Below, piece after piece: positions 8,995 through 19,601 of a stretch of DNA of 47,811 bases. The position numbers and the translations under genes were made by a program. How positions within the stretch are numbered: the first letter of the stretch is position 1; the number at the start of each line of letters is the position of its first letter. The DNA comes from an uncultured Oscillospiraceae bacterium (GTDB lineage Bacteria; Bacillota; Clostridia; Oscillospirales; Oscillospiraceae): positions 1,451 to 49,261 of the forward strand of contig CAZIPP010000001.1 of assembly GCA_964541215.1 (NCBI GenBank). The letters run 5' to 3'. The notes beneath the pieces are model-generated. The model had not been told where the DNA came from and searched no databases. It was given only the letters and a program-made list of their open reading frames with translations.

Positions 8995-11900
8995 TTTCCG
9001 CATCTCCTTCCTCAATAGATTCCCAGAATTTTTCGGATGTGTATTTTTTGAGGTATCTGAAGTTTTCACCGTCATGACCGCAGACAGACGAATATTCACA
9101 GTACTTGCAGGGATAAGAGTCTCCTGATTTATATGGGTCCGCATCAATCTTGCCGCTGCCAAGTTCGGCCGTAAGCTGATGCAGAGTTTTATCCACAAAA
9201 CGTGCGAGCCTGCCAAGCTGCTCGGAAGAGGCAATGCTGTCTCTTGACATCTCACCATCGCGCTTAAGCTTTACAGGCAGGAACCGGAACTTTTCGTCAT
9301 GGTTCTCCATCGCCTGAAGGATATCGGGATCATCTATCAAAAGACCGCTTCTTGTAAGCGCGGTATCCTTCATTGCCTGCAGTTCTTCATCTGTAACTGT
9401 TCTGGACGTTTTTATAAGTTCATCTCTTGCAGGCATATATATGACACCGGCCGGTACCACTTCTTTAGCATAATATCCGCTGCCACTGCCCTGTAGCGCA
9501 AAAAGATATATAAGCATTTGAAGTCCCATGCCATACCGAATATTTGTGAAATCAAAACTCTTTTTGCCCGTCTTGTAATCCACCACACGCAGATAGAGTT
9601 TGTCATCCTTGACATAACCGTCTACACGGTCAACAAAACCAACGACAGATGACGCTTTGCCATTTTCATAAACCTCAACAGGACCAAGCTCACTGCGGTC
9701 ATTGAAAGCCAGTTCAAAGTCAAGCGGAACAAAATCAGAGCTTGCCAATTCGTCGAAAACATTATCCGCAACTGCACGCACACTTTTTTGCAGTCTGCTG
9801 AACAGGTATCTGAAACGCTGGTTTTTGTTATCCAGTCCGCCTGCAAGCTGGGAATCAACATATTCCTTTGTCAACCTGTCTACGATACCGGGCAAAAGTT
9901 CTTTACTAAACTTTTTGAATCCACCATTGTCCTTTACTTCGGCACAAAGGTTTTCCAATATGTAATGGACAAAGGTACCGTACTCAGGTGCGGCAAATTC
10001 AGCCGTTTTTCTTGCAGCAGCCTTCAAACCATATTCCATAAAATATGAAAACTTACAGGAATTGAATTTATCTATCCTTGTGGCGGAAAGCCGTATGCGA
10101 TGACCGTATAGAATATCCGCGCTCAGTTGAGAAAGACTTGTCATTTCCATTGCTGAAGCATTTTTGATTTTTTCATATCTGGTGCATAGAGATGCATCAC
10201 CGCGTATCCAGCTCATGACGCTATTATCATGATCGGTAAACGCAGTTTCAAAGGCTGTGCTTTCTGACCAGAGCCTGTCTTCTTTACCGCTGCGGGTTAT
10301 TTCTATGTCCGGGAAAAGCGCTCTAAGACGCTGCACCACCATTGATGGACGAAGCTCGGTGCCATCGTCGCTGTACTCAGGATATGATACCATCAGTCCT
10401 TCTGTCGGGCTGCACAGACAACTGTGGATGATTCCCAATTCTCTTTCTGTACGTTCATTAACAGAAGGCGCCAATTCAATTCCCAATGCGAGCAATTGCT
10501 CACGTTCATCCTCGGAAATAACGCCTGAAGACGACGGTACAGAAGGCATGGAAGAATCATTTGCGCCAAGAACTATCAGATATTTAGTACTGCGAAACCG
10601 CATCCTTGCAATTTCGCATATAGTAACAGCATCATAATAAACCGGTATGGTGCCGATGTCTCCTGTAGAAACAGCCAGTTTAAACAGTTTGGCAAATTCC
10701 AAAACAGACATGACGTTTCCAAAAATCATCGAGCCGGTCTGTTCGAGAATGTTGACCAATATATCCCACAGTCCCGAACATTCATCAGCCTCTCTGTCGT
10801 GTCCGTTTTCACGAAGGACTTTTTCCTTCGCCTCAAGCTTACCCGGCAGATCGATCTCAAGCATCATCTCATATACAGCCATCACCATGTCCGCACAATT
10901 TTCGGCTGCATTGAGTGCGTTTTCCAAATTAATAAGAGGACTAACCGCAAAGCAGCGAAGCTCGTTAAGTTTTTTCAGCTGAGCCAGAGATTCCTCGGTC
11001 GTTTCCCTGCCGTAGCCCTGAGGATCAAATGTCCAGTCTGACTTCCACAATGAACCGCGGATATTCCATGCAATAACATAGTTTTCAAGCTCGTCACACT
11101 GTTCATGGCTAATGGACGAAAAACCTGATTTCAAAAATGAAAATACGTCTTCATATTCGTAACCACCAACGATGCAGTCCAAAGCAGAGCATATCACAGA
11201 AACCGCTGGTTTTCTGACAATGTCGGCTTTATGGCTCAGATAAGCCGGCACACCAAATCTTGCAAAGGTTCTTTCGATCATCAGACGATACCTGTTCAAA
11301 TCTGTAACAGCTATGGAAATATCCTGCCATCTTGCGCCATTTTGATAAACAAGACGTTTGCACTGTGCCGCAGCCCACTCACATTCAGAAGTCATTGATG
11401 AGGATACCGATATCTCAACTGCCTTGCATTCACCGGCATACTCGCCAACATCATAATCGAAAAGCCCTTTATCCAGCCAGTCAAATTCAGGTACATCCCG
11501 CTTCAAATTAGGCATTTTTTCTATCTCGTATTTTACACCGTGACGACCTGCCATGGATTTAAGTTTGCGTATTGATTCGCGCTGCAGATCATAAATATCG
11601 TCATCATCACAAGTAATGCAAACAGTAACATTTTCACCATGTGCGATAAGCTGGTCGATAACGTCAGATTCCAGTTTTGTAAAGTCAGTAAAGCAGTCTA
11701 TGTAAAAGCTCTTGCCTTTTGTCCAGTCGCATTCGCTTATCTTATAAGAAAGCATTTTCAGACGTTCAGTCGGATCGGCCAGACCATTTTTTGTAACTGC
11801 ATCATAAGCCTCTGAAATGATGGCAAGTTCCTGCAACTTTTTTGAGAGCATACCATCAGTCTGATCAGATGCCTTCTGCATATCGTCAGAAGATACTCCG

Positions 11901-12298
11901 TAGTTGCGAAGCTCGTCCATGATGCTCAGCATATTTTCAAGATGGTCGGGCCACGATGATATCGCGCCAAACACCTTCAGAACAGGCGAAGCTTCCCTGA
12001 CCGCCCCATTCATGGCAAGCAGTCTGCCGCACTCGTCCAGATACTGTACTGCAAGACCTCCGGCATCAGAGAACACCCGATTTGCAAGGCGAGTAAAGCT
12101 CAGAACTTCTGCGCGCAGAGAGATATCGTCTCCACCCATTTGGCAAAGAAGCCGCTCAGCATCATGGGAATACTGCTCCGGAACTATAAGCACCGAAGCT
12201 TTACCACCACTTATTTCTTTCATTATTTTTTGCGTCTTACCGCAGCCTTCGCGACCGGTGATTATTCTGAGCATAAATCTATGACCGTGCCTTTCCAT
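8987..12298 (-). CDS. addB: ATP-dependent helicase/nuclease subunit B (AddB)
   Basis: Degenerate Walker A GREGCGKT, nuclease motif VVDYKTGK, and a C-terminal Fe-S Cys cluster (CKYCEYSSVCG, plus an upstream Cys in NSCKFSYF). The start is uncertain: ATG 12298, or ATG 12274 (MLRIITGREG). Confidence 0.93.
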   Translation of the reverse strand: MERHGHRFMLRIITGREGCGKTQKIMKEISGGKASVLIVPEQYSHDAERLLCQMGGDDISLRAEVLSFTRLANRVFSDAGGLAVQYLDECGRLLAMNGAVREASPVLKVFGAISSWPDHLENMLSIMDELRNYGVSSDDMQKASDQTDGMLSKKLQELAIISEAYDAVTKNGLADPTERLKMLSYKISECDWTKGKSFYIDCFTDFTKLESDVIDQLIAHGENVTVCITCDDDDIYDLQRESIRKLKSMAGRHGVKYEIEKMPNLKRDVPEFDWLDKGLFDYDVGEYAGECKAVEISVSSSMTSECEWAAAQCKRLVYQNGARWQDISIAVTDLNRYRLMIERTFARFGVPAYLSHKADIVRKPAVSVICSALDCIVGGYEYEDVFSFLKSGFSSISHEQCDELENYVIAWNIRGSLWKSDWTFDPQGYGRETTEESLAQLKKLNELRCFAVSPLINLENALNAAENCADMVMAVYEMMLEIDLPGKLEAKEKVLRENGHDREADECSGLWDILVNILEQTGSMIFGNVMSVLEFAKLFKLAVSTGDIGTIPVYYDAVTICEIARMRFRSTKYLIVLGANDSSMPSVPSSSGVISEDEREQLLALGIELAPSVNERTERELGIIHSCLCSPTEGLMVSYPEYSDDGTELRPSMVVQRLRALFPDIEITRSGKEDRLWSESTAFETAFTDHDNSVMSWIRGDASLCTRYEKIKNASAMEMTSLSQLSADILYGHRIRLSATRIDKFNSCKFSYFMEYGLKAAARKTAEFAAPEYGTFVHYILENLCAEVKDNGGFKKFSKELLPGIVDRLTKEYVDSQLAGGLDNKNQRFRYLFSRLQKSVRAVADNVFDELASSDFVPLDFELAFNDRSELGPVEVYENGKASSVVGFVDRVDGYVKDDKLYLRVVDYKTGKKSFDFTNIRYGMGLQMLIYLFALQGSGSGYYAKEVVPAGVIYMPARDELIKTSRTVTDEELQAMKDTALTRSGLLIDDPDILQAMENHDEKFRFLPVKLKRDGEMSRDSIASSEQLGRLARFVDKTLHQLTAELGSGKIDADPYKSGDSYPCKYCEYSSVCGHDGENFRYLKKYTSEKFWESIEEGDAENA

Positions 12299-12304
12299 TC
12301 ATTC

Positions 12305-12913
12305 TCAACCATTATACATCATTTTTGCTTTCTGTACCAGTTCAAGCAGTTTGAATTTGAATACATATACCTCATTTTCGCCGGTTATGAGAGCCACATC
12401 ACCTTCATCAAGTCCTGCCGCCATGGCCTGCGCTGTCAGCTCTTCACCGCAGGACGCCATGCAGATCGGTGGAAACACAACACACCACCAGTTTTTACCG
12501 GTCCCTTCACCTATTGTAACTCTTAAGGATGTGTACTCTCCTGCGGGCAAAGAAAAAGTATCATATACCCTTGTATCAAAGTCCTCAAGTCCAAGGGTCA
12601 CTGTTACCGAATAATCATAGCCGAGCTCCTGTACCATTTTCAGGACAGCACTTTGAATTTCATCAAGTTTCTCTTCCAACACGATCGCTGCTTCTTCAGC
12701 GCTGCTGCCCATATTGAATCCATCAGTCATTGCCAATACTTCATCTCGAACTTTGAGTTTCAAAGTCTGATCTTCATCAGAATCTGAGTTTGCTACCACA
12801 TGCAGCCTTACGACACTGGCTGACAGTTTTTCTGACTGTGCATTGGCTCCACCAATAAGAACAGCCGCAATCAATCCTATAACAAGCGCTATTTCAAAAG
12901 GTTTCAGTTTCAT
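12305..12913 (-). CDS. spoIIR: Stage II sporulation protein R (SpoIIR)
   Basis: N-terminal signal/anchor followed by the SpoIIR hallmarks RLHVVANSDSDEDQTLKLKVRDEVL and NWWCVVFPPICM. Confidence 0.9.
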   Translation of the reverse strand: MKLKPFEIALVIGLIAAVLIGGANAQSEKLSASVVRLHVVANSDSDEDQTLKLKVRDEVLAMTDGFNMGSSAEEAAIVLEEKLDEIQSAVLKMVQELGYDYSVTVTLGLEDFDTRVYDTFSLPAGEYTSLRVTIGEGTGKNWWCVVFPPICMASCGEELTAQAMAAGLDEGDVALITGENEVYVFKFKLLELVQKAKMMYNG

Positions 12914-12958
12914 AAAAAATCACCGCCGATAACGTAATTTGATACGATTATCGACGGT
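12914..12958 (-). terminator. Intrinsic terminator of ispE abutting the spoIIR start codon
   Basis: Minus-strand RNA: accgucgauaa...uuaucggcggu. This is 11 bp including one G-U that would be a C-A mismatch on the other strand. An inner 4-bp extension follows, then gaUUUUUU, then AUG 12913. The 3' arm contains the spoIIR SD (GGCGGUGA). Confidence 0.6.
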
Positions 12959-12987
12959 AATATAAGAATCTATACATTTTTTGCCAA
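12959..12987 (-). promoter_or_regulatory. Putative promoter for spoIIR (TTGGCA-17-TATATT) inside the ispE 3' end
   Basis: On the minus strand, TTGGCA is at 12987..12982 and TATATT at 12964..12959, with a 17-nt spacer. The predicted transcription start (about 12952) falls inside the 5' arm of the terminator hairpin. Confidence 0.35.
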
Positions 12988-13806
12988 GTAGGTTTTGGGA
13001 TATGTTTTTTTCAGCTCAGTATAAGCATTCAGCGCAAGAGCTTCATCAACAAAAATGGCAAACACAGAAGGTCCCTTGCCTGTCATGGAAGCGGCTATCG
13101 CACCGTTATCAAGAAGTTCTTTTTTTATAACAGGAATATCAGAACAAAGCTCTGCTGCCAGCGGTTCAAAAACATTTGCCATCATACCACAGGCTTTCTG
13201 AATATCTCCGCAGTTTACAGCAGATAAAAAAGCATCAGTGTCAGGACGGTTTGTTATAACGCAGTTGTCCAGCAAGTTATACATCTGACCTGCGCCAAGA
13301 TCAACAGGAGGCTTACATATCACAAACCAACAGTCAGGAAAAGAAGACACAGGTTCTACATACTCTCCTCTTCCGCTGACACGACAGGTTCCTCCGTAAA
13401 GGAAAAACGGCACATCAGACCCTATCTCCAGAGCCATTGACACAAGCTCATCCATATCATACCTGCCGCCATAGATAGAGTTTAGCTCCAGCAGCACAGC
13501 AGCTGCATCTGCGCTTCCTCCGCCAAGACCGGCAAAGATAGGGATATTTTTATCAATAACTATCCTCATGGGTTGGTCAATGCCGGCTTTTCGGCAAAAA
13601 ACTTTAGCAGCTTTAAGCGCAAGGTTACTGTCGCCAAGGGGCAGATCCTGATTTTCAGACTGCACAGACCATTCTGACCTGTCAGTAATAATGCGGATTT
13701 CGTCACACAGACTTACGCTCTGCATCACTGAAACTATATCGTGGTATCCGTCATCACGCTTTCCCAAAACATCAAGCGTCAAATTCAGCTTGCCGTAAGC
13801 TTTCAC
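12970..13806 (-). CDS. ispE: 4-diphosphocytidyl-2-C-methyl-D-erythritol kinase (IspE)
   Basis: KAYGKLNLTLDVLGKRDDGYHDI at the N-terminus and the GHMP kinase motif PIFAGLGGGSADAAAVL. Confidence 0.93.
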   Translation of the reverse strand: MKAYGKLNLTLDVLGKRDDGYHDIVSVMQSVSLCDEIRIITDRSEWSVQSENQDLPLGDSNLALKAAKVFCRKAGIDQPMRIVIDKNIPIFAGLGGGSADAAAVLLELNSIYGGRYDMDELVSMALEIGSDVPFFLYGGTCRVSGRGEYVEPVSSFPDCWFVICKPPVDLGAGQMYNLLDNCVITNRPDTDAFLSAVNCGDIQKACGMMANVFEPLAAELCSDIPVIKKELLDNGAIAASMTGKGPSVFAIFVDEALALNAYTELKKTYPKTYLAKNV

Positions 13807-15065
13807 TTTATCTTTCGTCCTTCAAGGTAATAACGTTTATCATGAGCTTCACCCATAGAAAAAGTCTTTCTGGGCAAAACGCCATCGAGGATCACTCCTT
13901 TGAACAGCGAAGACTTTTCAATAGGAGGAAGCATGAATCCGATGGTTCCCTCAGACTTGCACAGGGAATTTACAACGTCTTCACCATGGATGTAGTCTAT
14001 GCGTCCGCCCTTTTCCTCAAGGTACTTGTCCAAAAATCCCTGTAGTGCGCCAACAGCAAGACCACTTTTAGCCATGTCCATCTTTACGACACCGGTGACA
14101 TCACCATAGACATATTCGATCTCATATGCCTGATCGGGGTTGCCGTTCTCAGCCTTGACAGCTGCCAGCATAGCTTCCGGATCGGTTTCGAAAATAACTC
14201 TGTGGATAGGTTCAAACTCCAGAGAATCATCATGGATATTGACCACTTCAACAAGTGCGTATCTTGCAGGATGCTCAGACCCCGTAAGTGAAGGATCAGA
14301 CTTTTTCAGCCGTTCCCAGTGCTCTTTGGCTGTTGCAAGAGAATGGTTGCCATCGCCAACAGCAAAAAGAAGTACACGATCATCTTCTATGGCGTACTTC
14401 TGACCGAAAGCAGCCTTATCAGTCAGTTTTTCAAGGCTTTCTGCCACTACATTCAACATATCCCCATCAACAAGGTAACCATCACTGTGACCGCCACCGC
14501 CGCAGAGGTCAAAGTCATAAAGCTTTTTCAGTCTGTCCTTTTCGCTGCGGATGCTGCCAATGAGAATGTCTTCTCTGTCATCAACAAGCAGCATAATATG
14601 AGGAAATTCCAAAGCGGCATTTTCACGCACCTTCACTCTGGGAGGGATGCGGGAAAGGATAGTTCCCTCGGTGGCTCTGATATAAGTTCCGTCACCGGGA
14701 ATATAGCTGTAATCCTCAAGGTCTATCTTGCCGATAAGTCCGTGGCGAACTTTACCGTTTGCCTGTTTGCGTTCAAGATATACAAAGCTGTTTTCACAGG
14801 TGGTAAAAATACCGCCGTTCACGCAGCGATCCATTTCTGCATTTATACCTACGATTCGCTCGTCAACGTTTGAATCCTCAAGGTATATCTCCGGAAGCGT
14901 CAGCTTCATGGTTGAGGGAGCATCACCGATCTCTGCTTCTCTTGCCTGCCAGTACTCAGGCTCGGAAGTATACTGATCACAGGCCACAACGGACCACTTT
15001 GTCATATCTGCATTTGCGGGAATAAGTATGTCAGCGGGATAAAAACCCAATTGCTTAAAATCCAT
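13803..15065 (-). CDS. DUF1015 family protein
   Basis: N-terminus FYPADILIPANADMTKWSVVACDQYTSEPEYW and the overall length of 420 aa are typical of DUF1015. Overlaps ispE by 4 nt. Confidence 0.8.
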   Translation of the reverse strand: MDFKQLGFYPADILIPANADMTKWSVVACDQYTSEPEYWQAREAEIGDAPSTMKLTLPEIYLEDSNVDERIVGINAEMDRCVNGGIFTTCENSFVYLERKQANGKVRHGLIGKIDLEDYSYIPGDGTYIRATEGTILSRIPPRVKVRENAALEFPHIMLLVDDREDILIGSIRSEKDRLKKLYDFDLCGGGGHSDGYLVDGDMLNVVAESLEKLTDKAAFGQKYAIEDDRVLLFAVGDGNHSLATAKEHWERLKKSDPSLTGSEHPARYALVEVVNIHDDSLEFEPIHRVIFETDPEAMLAAVKAENGNPDQAYEIEYVYGDVTGVVKMDMAKSGLAVGALQGFLDKYLEEKGGRIDYIHGEDVVNSLCKSEGTIGFMLPPIEKSSLFKGVILDGVLPRKTFSMGEAHDKRYYLEGRKIK

Positions 15066-15080
15066 TTACAAAAAACCTCT

Positions 15081-16313
15081 TTAATCGTTTATAAGTTCTC
15101 CCATGATCTTTGTGCCGGCATCAATAAAGGGACCGGCAAGACCATTCTTTTCAGTGTAGCTAAGACCACAGCCTGTGTCCACAGTGCTGTCGTAAATAAG
15201 GTACGGAACAGGTTCTCCGTCATGACCTCTGGTGGACATCAGGGTCTTGTGGTCAGCCATAATAAGCATACGGTAATCCACACCGGCAGCGTCAAGCTTT
15301 TCGCACAGGGGCTTAACTATACGACTGTCAAGATATTTGATGCAAAGTAGCTTTTCTTCAAGATTACCGTTGTGTGTAGCCTCATCAGGACCTTCAAGGT
15401 GAACAGCAGCAAAGCTGTCGCCCTTCATGAGAGCATCAAAAGCAGCCTGAACCTTGCCTTCACAGTTAGTCTCGGTCTCACCGGTAGCTCCCTCAACAGA
15501 GATGGGATACAGACCTGTAAGCACAGCAATACCATGACAAAGAGGCACAGCGGAAACAACACCTCCGTATTTGCCATACTGCTCAACAAAGGAAGGAAGC
15601 TGAACGGCAGTTCCTTCTGCCCAGAACCATACGCAGTTGGCAGGTTTGAGTCCTCTTTCACGGCGGGATTCGTTGAGAGGATGATGATCAAGAACTTTAT
15701 TGGCAAGCTCCATCAGCTTCCAAAGATTCTCAGCATTTTCATTACCGGTGAATTTATAATCACCAATGACCTTGTCAAGGATATCGTGAGGAGGCTGGAA
15801 TGTCGCTCCTTCAACATCACCGTTTTTCTGAGTAACGATATGTCTGAAAGAAGGAGAAGGCCAAACCTTTATGCCCAGACGATCCGCTTCTGCCTTGAAC
15901 TCCGGATCGGCAAAAAGAGCGGTAACGATAGCAATGGATTCTTCACCCTCGATGCTGCCTGCGCTGTGGGAAAGAATCTTCTTACTCTCAAAAGGCATAT
16001 CGCCGTCTTCAAGGCAAACCATATTGCAGCGATAACTTACATCGCCCGCATTAACTTCAACTCCGGAGCCTGCTGCTTCCAGTGGGCTTCTGCCTGTATA
16101 ATACTTATTGGGATCGCAGCCAAAAATAGACATTATGCCGGTATCGCTTCCGGGAGGCTGATTTGTGGGAACAGTTCTAACGGTACCCAAAACACCTTTT
16201 GCAGCCAGAGAATCAATGAAGGGCTTTTCGGCAGCTTCAAGAGGAGTTCTGCCGCCAAGCTCGGGTACAGGATTATCGGCCATGCCATCGCCAATAATAA
16301 GAATATATTTCAT
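15081..16313 (-). CDS. apgM: Cofactor-independent phosphoglycerate mutase, ApgM/metalloenzyme superfamily
   Basis: MKYILIIGDGMADNPVPELGGRTPLE at the N-terminus and the ADHKTLMSTRGHDGEPVP metal-site region. Length about 410 aa. Confidence 0.85.
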   Translation of the reverse strand: MKYILIIGDGMADNPVPELGGRTPLEAAEKPFIDSLAAKGVLGTVRTVPTNQPPGSDTGIMSIFGCDPNKYYTGRSPLEAAGSGVEVNAGDVSYRCNMVCLEDGDMPFESKKILSHSAGSIEGEESIAIVTALFADPEFKAEADRLGIKVWPSPSFRHIVTQKNGDVEGATFQPPHDILDKVIGDYKFTGNENAENLWKLMELANKVLDHHPLNESRRERGLKPANCVWFWAEGTAVQLPSFVEQYGKYGGVVSAVPLCHGIAVLTGLYPISVEGATGETETNCEGKVQAAFDALMKGDSFAAVHLEGPDEATHNGNLEEKLLCIKYLDSRIVKPLCEKLDAAGVDYRMLIMADHKTLMSTRGHDGEPVPYLIYDSTVDTGCGLSYTEKNGLAGPFIDAGTKIMGELIND

Positions 16314-16509
16314 GGTAAACCTCCTGTTATATGTTTATTTTTTATTTTAATTGTCCATTAGTATACAATAAAAATCGATGCAAATAAAGACTTTTTTAAC
16401 TGTCCAAAGCTACAAAAATATGTCCTTGTCAGAAAGACAAATGTACATATTGAATAATATCCTCGGTTTAGGCAACAATAACGATGAAACAACTATTGGA
16501 GGAATCAAT

Positions 16510-16722
16510 ATGGATAAAACAGCACTTGCCCTGTCCATAATCGGCTCTTTGAACTGGGCGCTCGTTGGCATTTTCAAGTTTGATCTTGTTGCCTGGATCT
16601 TTGGTGGTCAAACCGCAGGTATAAGCAGAGTTATCTACACCATCATTGGTCTTGCCGGTATCTGGTGCATTTCTCTTCTTTTCAGGGACTGGCATGAAGA
16701 CACCTTTGAAAGTGCAAAATAA
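16510..16722 (+). CDS. DUF378 small membrane protein
   Basis: GGAGGA lies 6 nt before ATG 16510. Translation MDKTALALSIIGSLNWALVGIFKFDLVAWIFGG...IIGLAGIW shows the 2-TM DUF378 pattern. The tracked 16378 start is an unsupported extension. Confidence 0.85.
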   Translation: MDKTALALSIIGSLNWALVGIFKFDLVAWIFGGQTAGISRVIYTIIGLAGIWCISLLFRDWHEDTFESAK

Positions 16723-16758
16723 AAAGACAGGCTGTCTCTCATCGAGACAGCCTGCTTA
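16716..16758. terminator. Intrinsic terminator (strong for gdhA on -, weaker for the DUF378 gene on +)
   Basis: Stem caggctgtctc (16728..16738) pairs with gagacagcctg (16744..16754), loop tcatc. On the minus strand it is followed by UCUUUUUAUUUU. Confidence 0.8.
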
Positions 16759-16770
16759 GTTCAATATGGA

Positions 16771-18174
<1,404 letters not shown>

Positions 18175-18181
18175 TTATTCC

Positions 18182-18210
18182 ATTATACATTCACGTTTTT
18201 GATTTTTCAA
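18182..18210 (-). promoter_or_regulatory. Putative gdhA promoter (TTGAAA-17-TATAAT with TG extended -10)
   Basis: On the minus strand, TTGAAA is at 18210..18205 and TGTATAAT ends at 18182, with a 17-nt spacer. Confidence 0.55.
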
Positions 18211-18343
18211 CCCCCTTCACAATCATATGATTATGAAGTTCACATCACTATGACGTTGGTTTTTGTGCATTTTAACCCATACTTTGCAAGTTTTCCGTCT
18301 TTTGTGTGAATTATTCTGAAAAATGAATTCTTATTTGCGCTTC

Positions 18344-18372
18344 TTGTAATTATTACCGTTATGATGTATATT
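18344..18372 (+). promoter_or_regulatory. Putative aminotransferase promoter (TTGTAA-17-TATATT)
   Basis: Hexamers at 18344..18349 and 18367..18372. The RBS AAGGAGAG lies 8 nt before ATG 18408. Confidence 0.4.
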
Positions 18373-18407
18373 AGATTCAAATAAATCCCATAAGGAGAGC
18401 AAATAGC

Positions 18408-19601
18408 ATGATATCTGAAAAAATGAAAACTCTGGTCAGCGGAAGCTCTGCCATTAGAGCCATGTTTGAAGAAGGTCAGCGTCTTGCTGCAATATACGGC
18501 AAAGAAAACGTTTACGATTTTTCTCTGGGTAACCCCAGCGTTCCTGCGCCTTCCAAAGTCAAAGATGCCGCCATCGAGATCCTTAATAGCGAAGACAGCC
18601 TGATGGTACACGGATATATGAGCAACTCAGGCTATGAAGATGTACGACTCGCAATTGCAAAGTCTCTCAATACCCGCTTTGGTACTGATTACGATGAAAA
18701 GAATATACTTATGACAGTCGGTGCCGCAGGTGGTCTGAACGCTGCTTTCAAAGCCATCCTCGTACCCGGAGACGAGGTTATCACTTTTGCTCCATTCTTT
18801 GGCGAGTACCGCAACTATGTTGATAACTTTGGAGGAATACTTGTAGCTGTTGCACCCAATCTTGAAACATTCCAGCCTGATATCGAGGGTCTGCGCAACG
18901 CTGTGACTCCAAAAACCAAGGCTGTCATAATCAACACCCCCAATAATCCCACCGGCGTTGTGTATTCGGAAGAAACGATCAAAGCTATCGCACAGGTTCT
19001 TAACGAAAAGCAGGCTGAATATGGCATAGACATCTGCCTTATCTCCGATGAACCTTACCGCGAACTGGCATACGATGGTGTTGAAGTTCCCTGGCTGCCC
19101 GACTACTACGACAACACCATTGTGGGTTACTCCTTCTCCAAGTCTCTTTCCCTGCCCGGCGAGCGTATCGGTTATCTGGTAGTAAGCAGCAAAATAAAGG
19201 ATTTCGACGACGTTGTATCCGGTCTGTCTGTTGCTATCCGTATCCTTGGCTTTGTCAATGCACCTTCCCTTATGCAGCGTGTAGTTATGCATTGTCTTGA
19301 AGAGAAGTCTGATGTTGCGGCATATGACCGTAACCGTGAAAAGCTGTACTCTGAACTCCTCAATCTTGGATTTGAGTGCATCAAGCCTCAGGGTGCATTC
19401 TATCTGTTTGTCAAGTCTCCCGTTGCTGATGAGAAAATCTTCTGCAACGATGCAAAGAAGTACAATCTGCTTCTTGTTCCCGGTTCTTCTTTCGGCTGCT
19501 CCGGTTATGTTCGTCTTGCCTACTGCGTAAGCTATGATACCATTGTAAACTCTATCCCCGCTTTCACAAAACTGGCAGCCGATTACGGTCTCGGCAAATA
19601 A
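18408..19601 (+). CDS. Pyridoxal-phosphate-dependent aminotransferase, class I/II (AspC/AlaT-like)
   Basis: INTPNNPTGVVY, the PLP-lysine motif YSFSKSLSLPGERIGY, and a C-terminal RLAY. Length 397 aa. Confidence 0.9.
   Translation: MISEKMKTLVSGSSAIRAMFEEGQRLAAIYGKENVYDFSLGNPSVPAPSKVKDAAIEILNSEDSLMVHGYMSNSGYEDVRLAIAKSLNTRFGTDYDEKNILMTVGAAGGLNAAFKAILVPGDEVITFAPFFGEYRNYVDNFGGILVAVAPNLETFQPDIEGLRNAVTPKTKAVIINTPNNPTGVVYSEETIKAIAQVLNEKQAEYGIDICLISDEPYRELAYDGVEVPWLPDYYDNTIVGYSFSKSLSLPGERIGYLVVSSKIKDFDDVVSGLSVAIRILGFVNAPSLMQRVVMHCLEEKSDVAAYDRNREKLYSELLNLGFECIKPQGAFYLFVKSPVADEKIFCNDAKKYNLLLVPGSSFGCSGYVRLAYCVSYDTIVNSIPAFTKLAADYGLGK

Noticed and set aside
8995-9258. 88-codon N-terminal extension of addA in the track
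   Set aside because: It lies inside the addB coding region in another frame. The conserved helicase N-terminus starts at MPELTLQQK, which has a good SD.
12982-13010. Sigma-F-type promoter (aCATA-15-GGCAAAAAAT) for spoIIR
   Set aside because: The -10 element has six A residues, so the conserved T is displaced by two positions relative to the GGHRARHTX pattern as I recall it. The sigma-A-like TTGGCA-17-TATATT fits the same DNA better. This is unresolved without transcription start data.
15372-16361. 329-aa + strand ORF
   Set aside because: It is antisense to the phosphoglycerate mutase gene, whose motifs are clear. It has no RBS and no recognisable domain.
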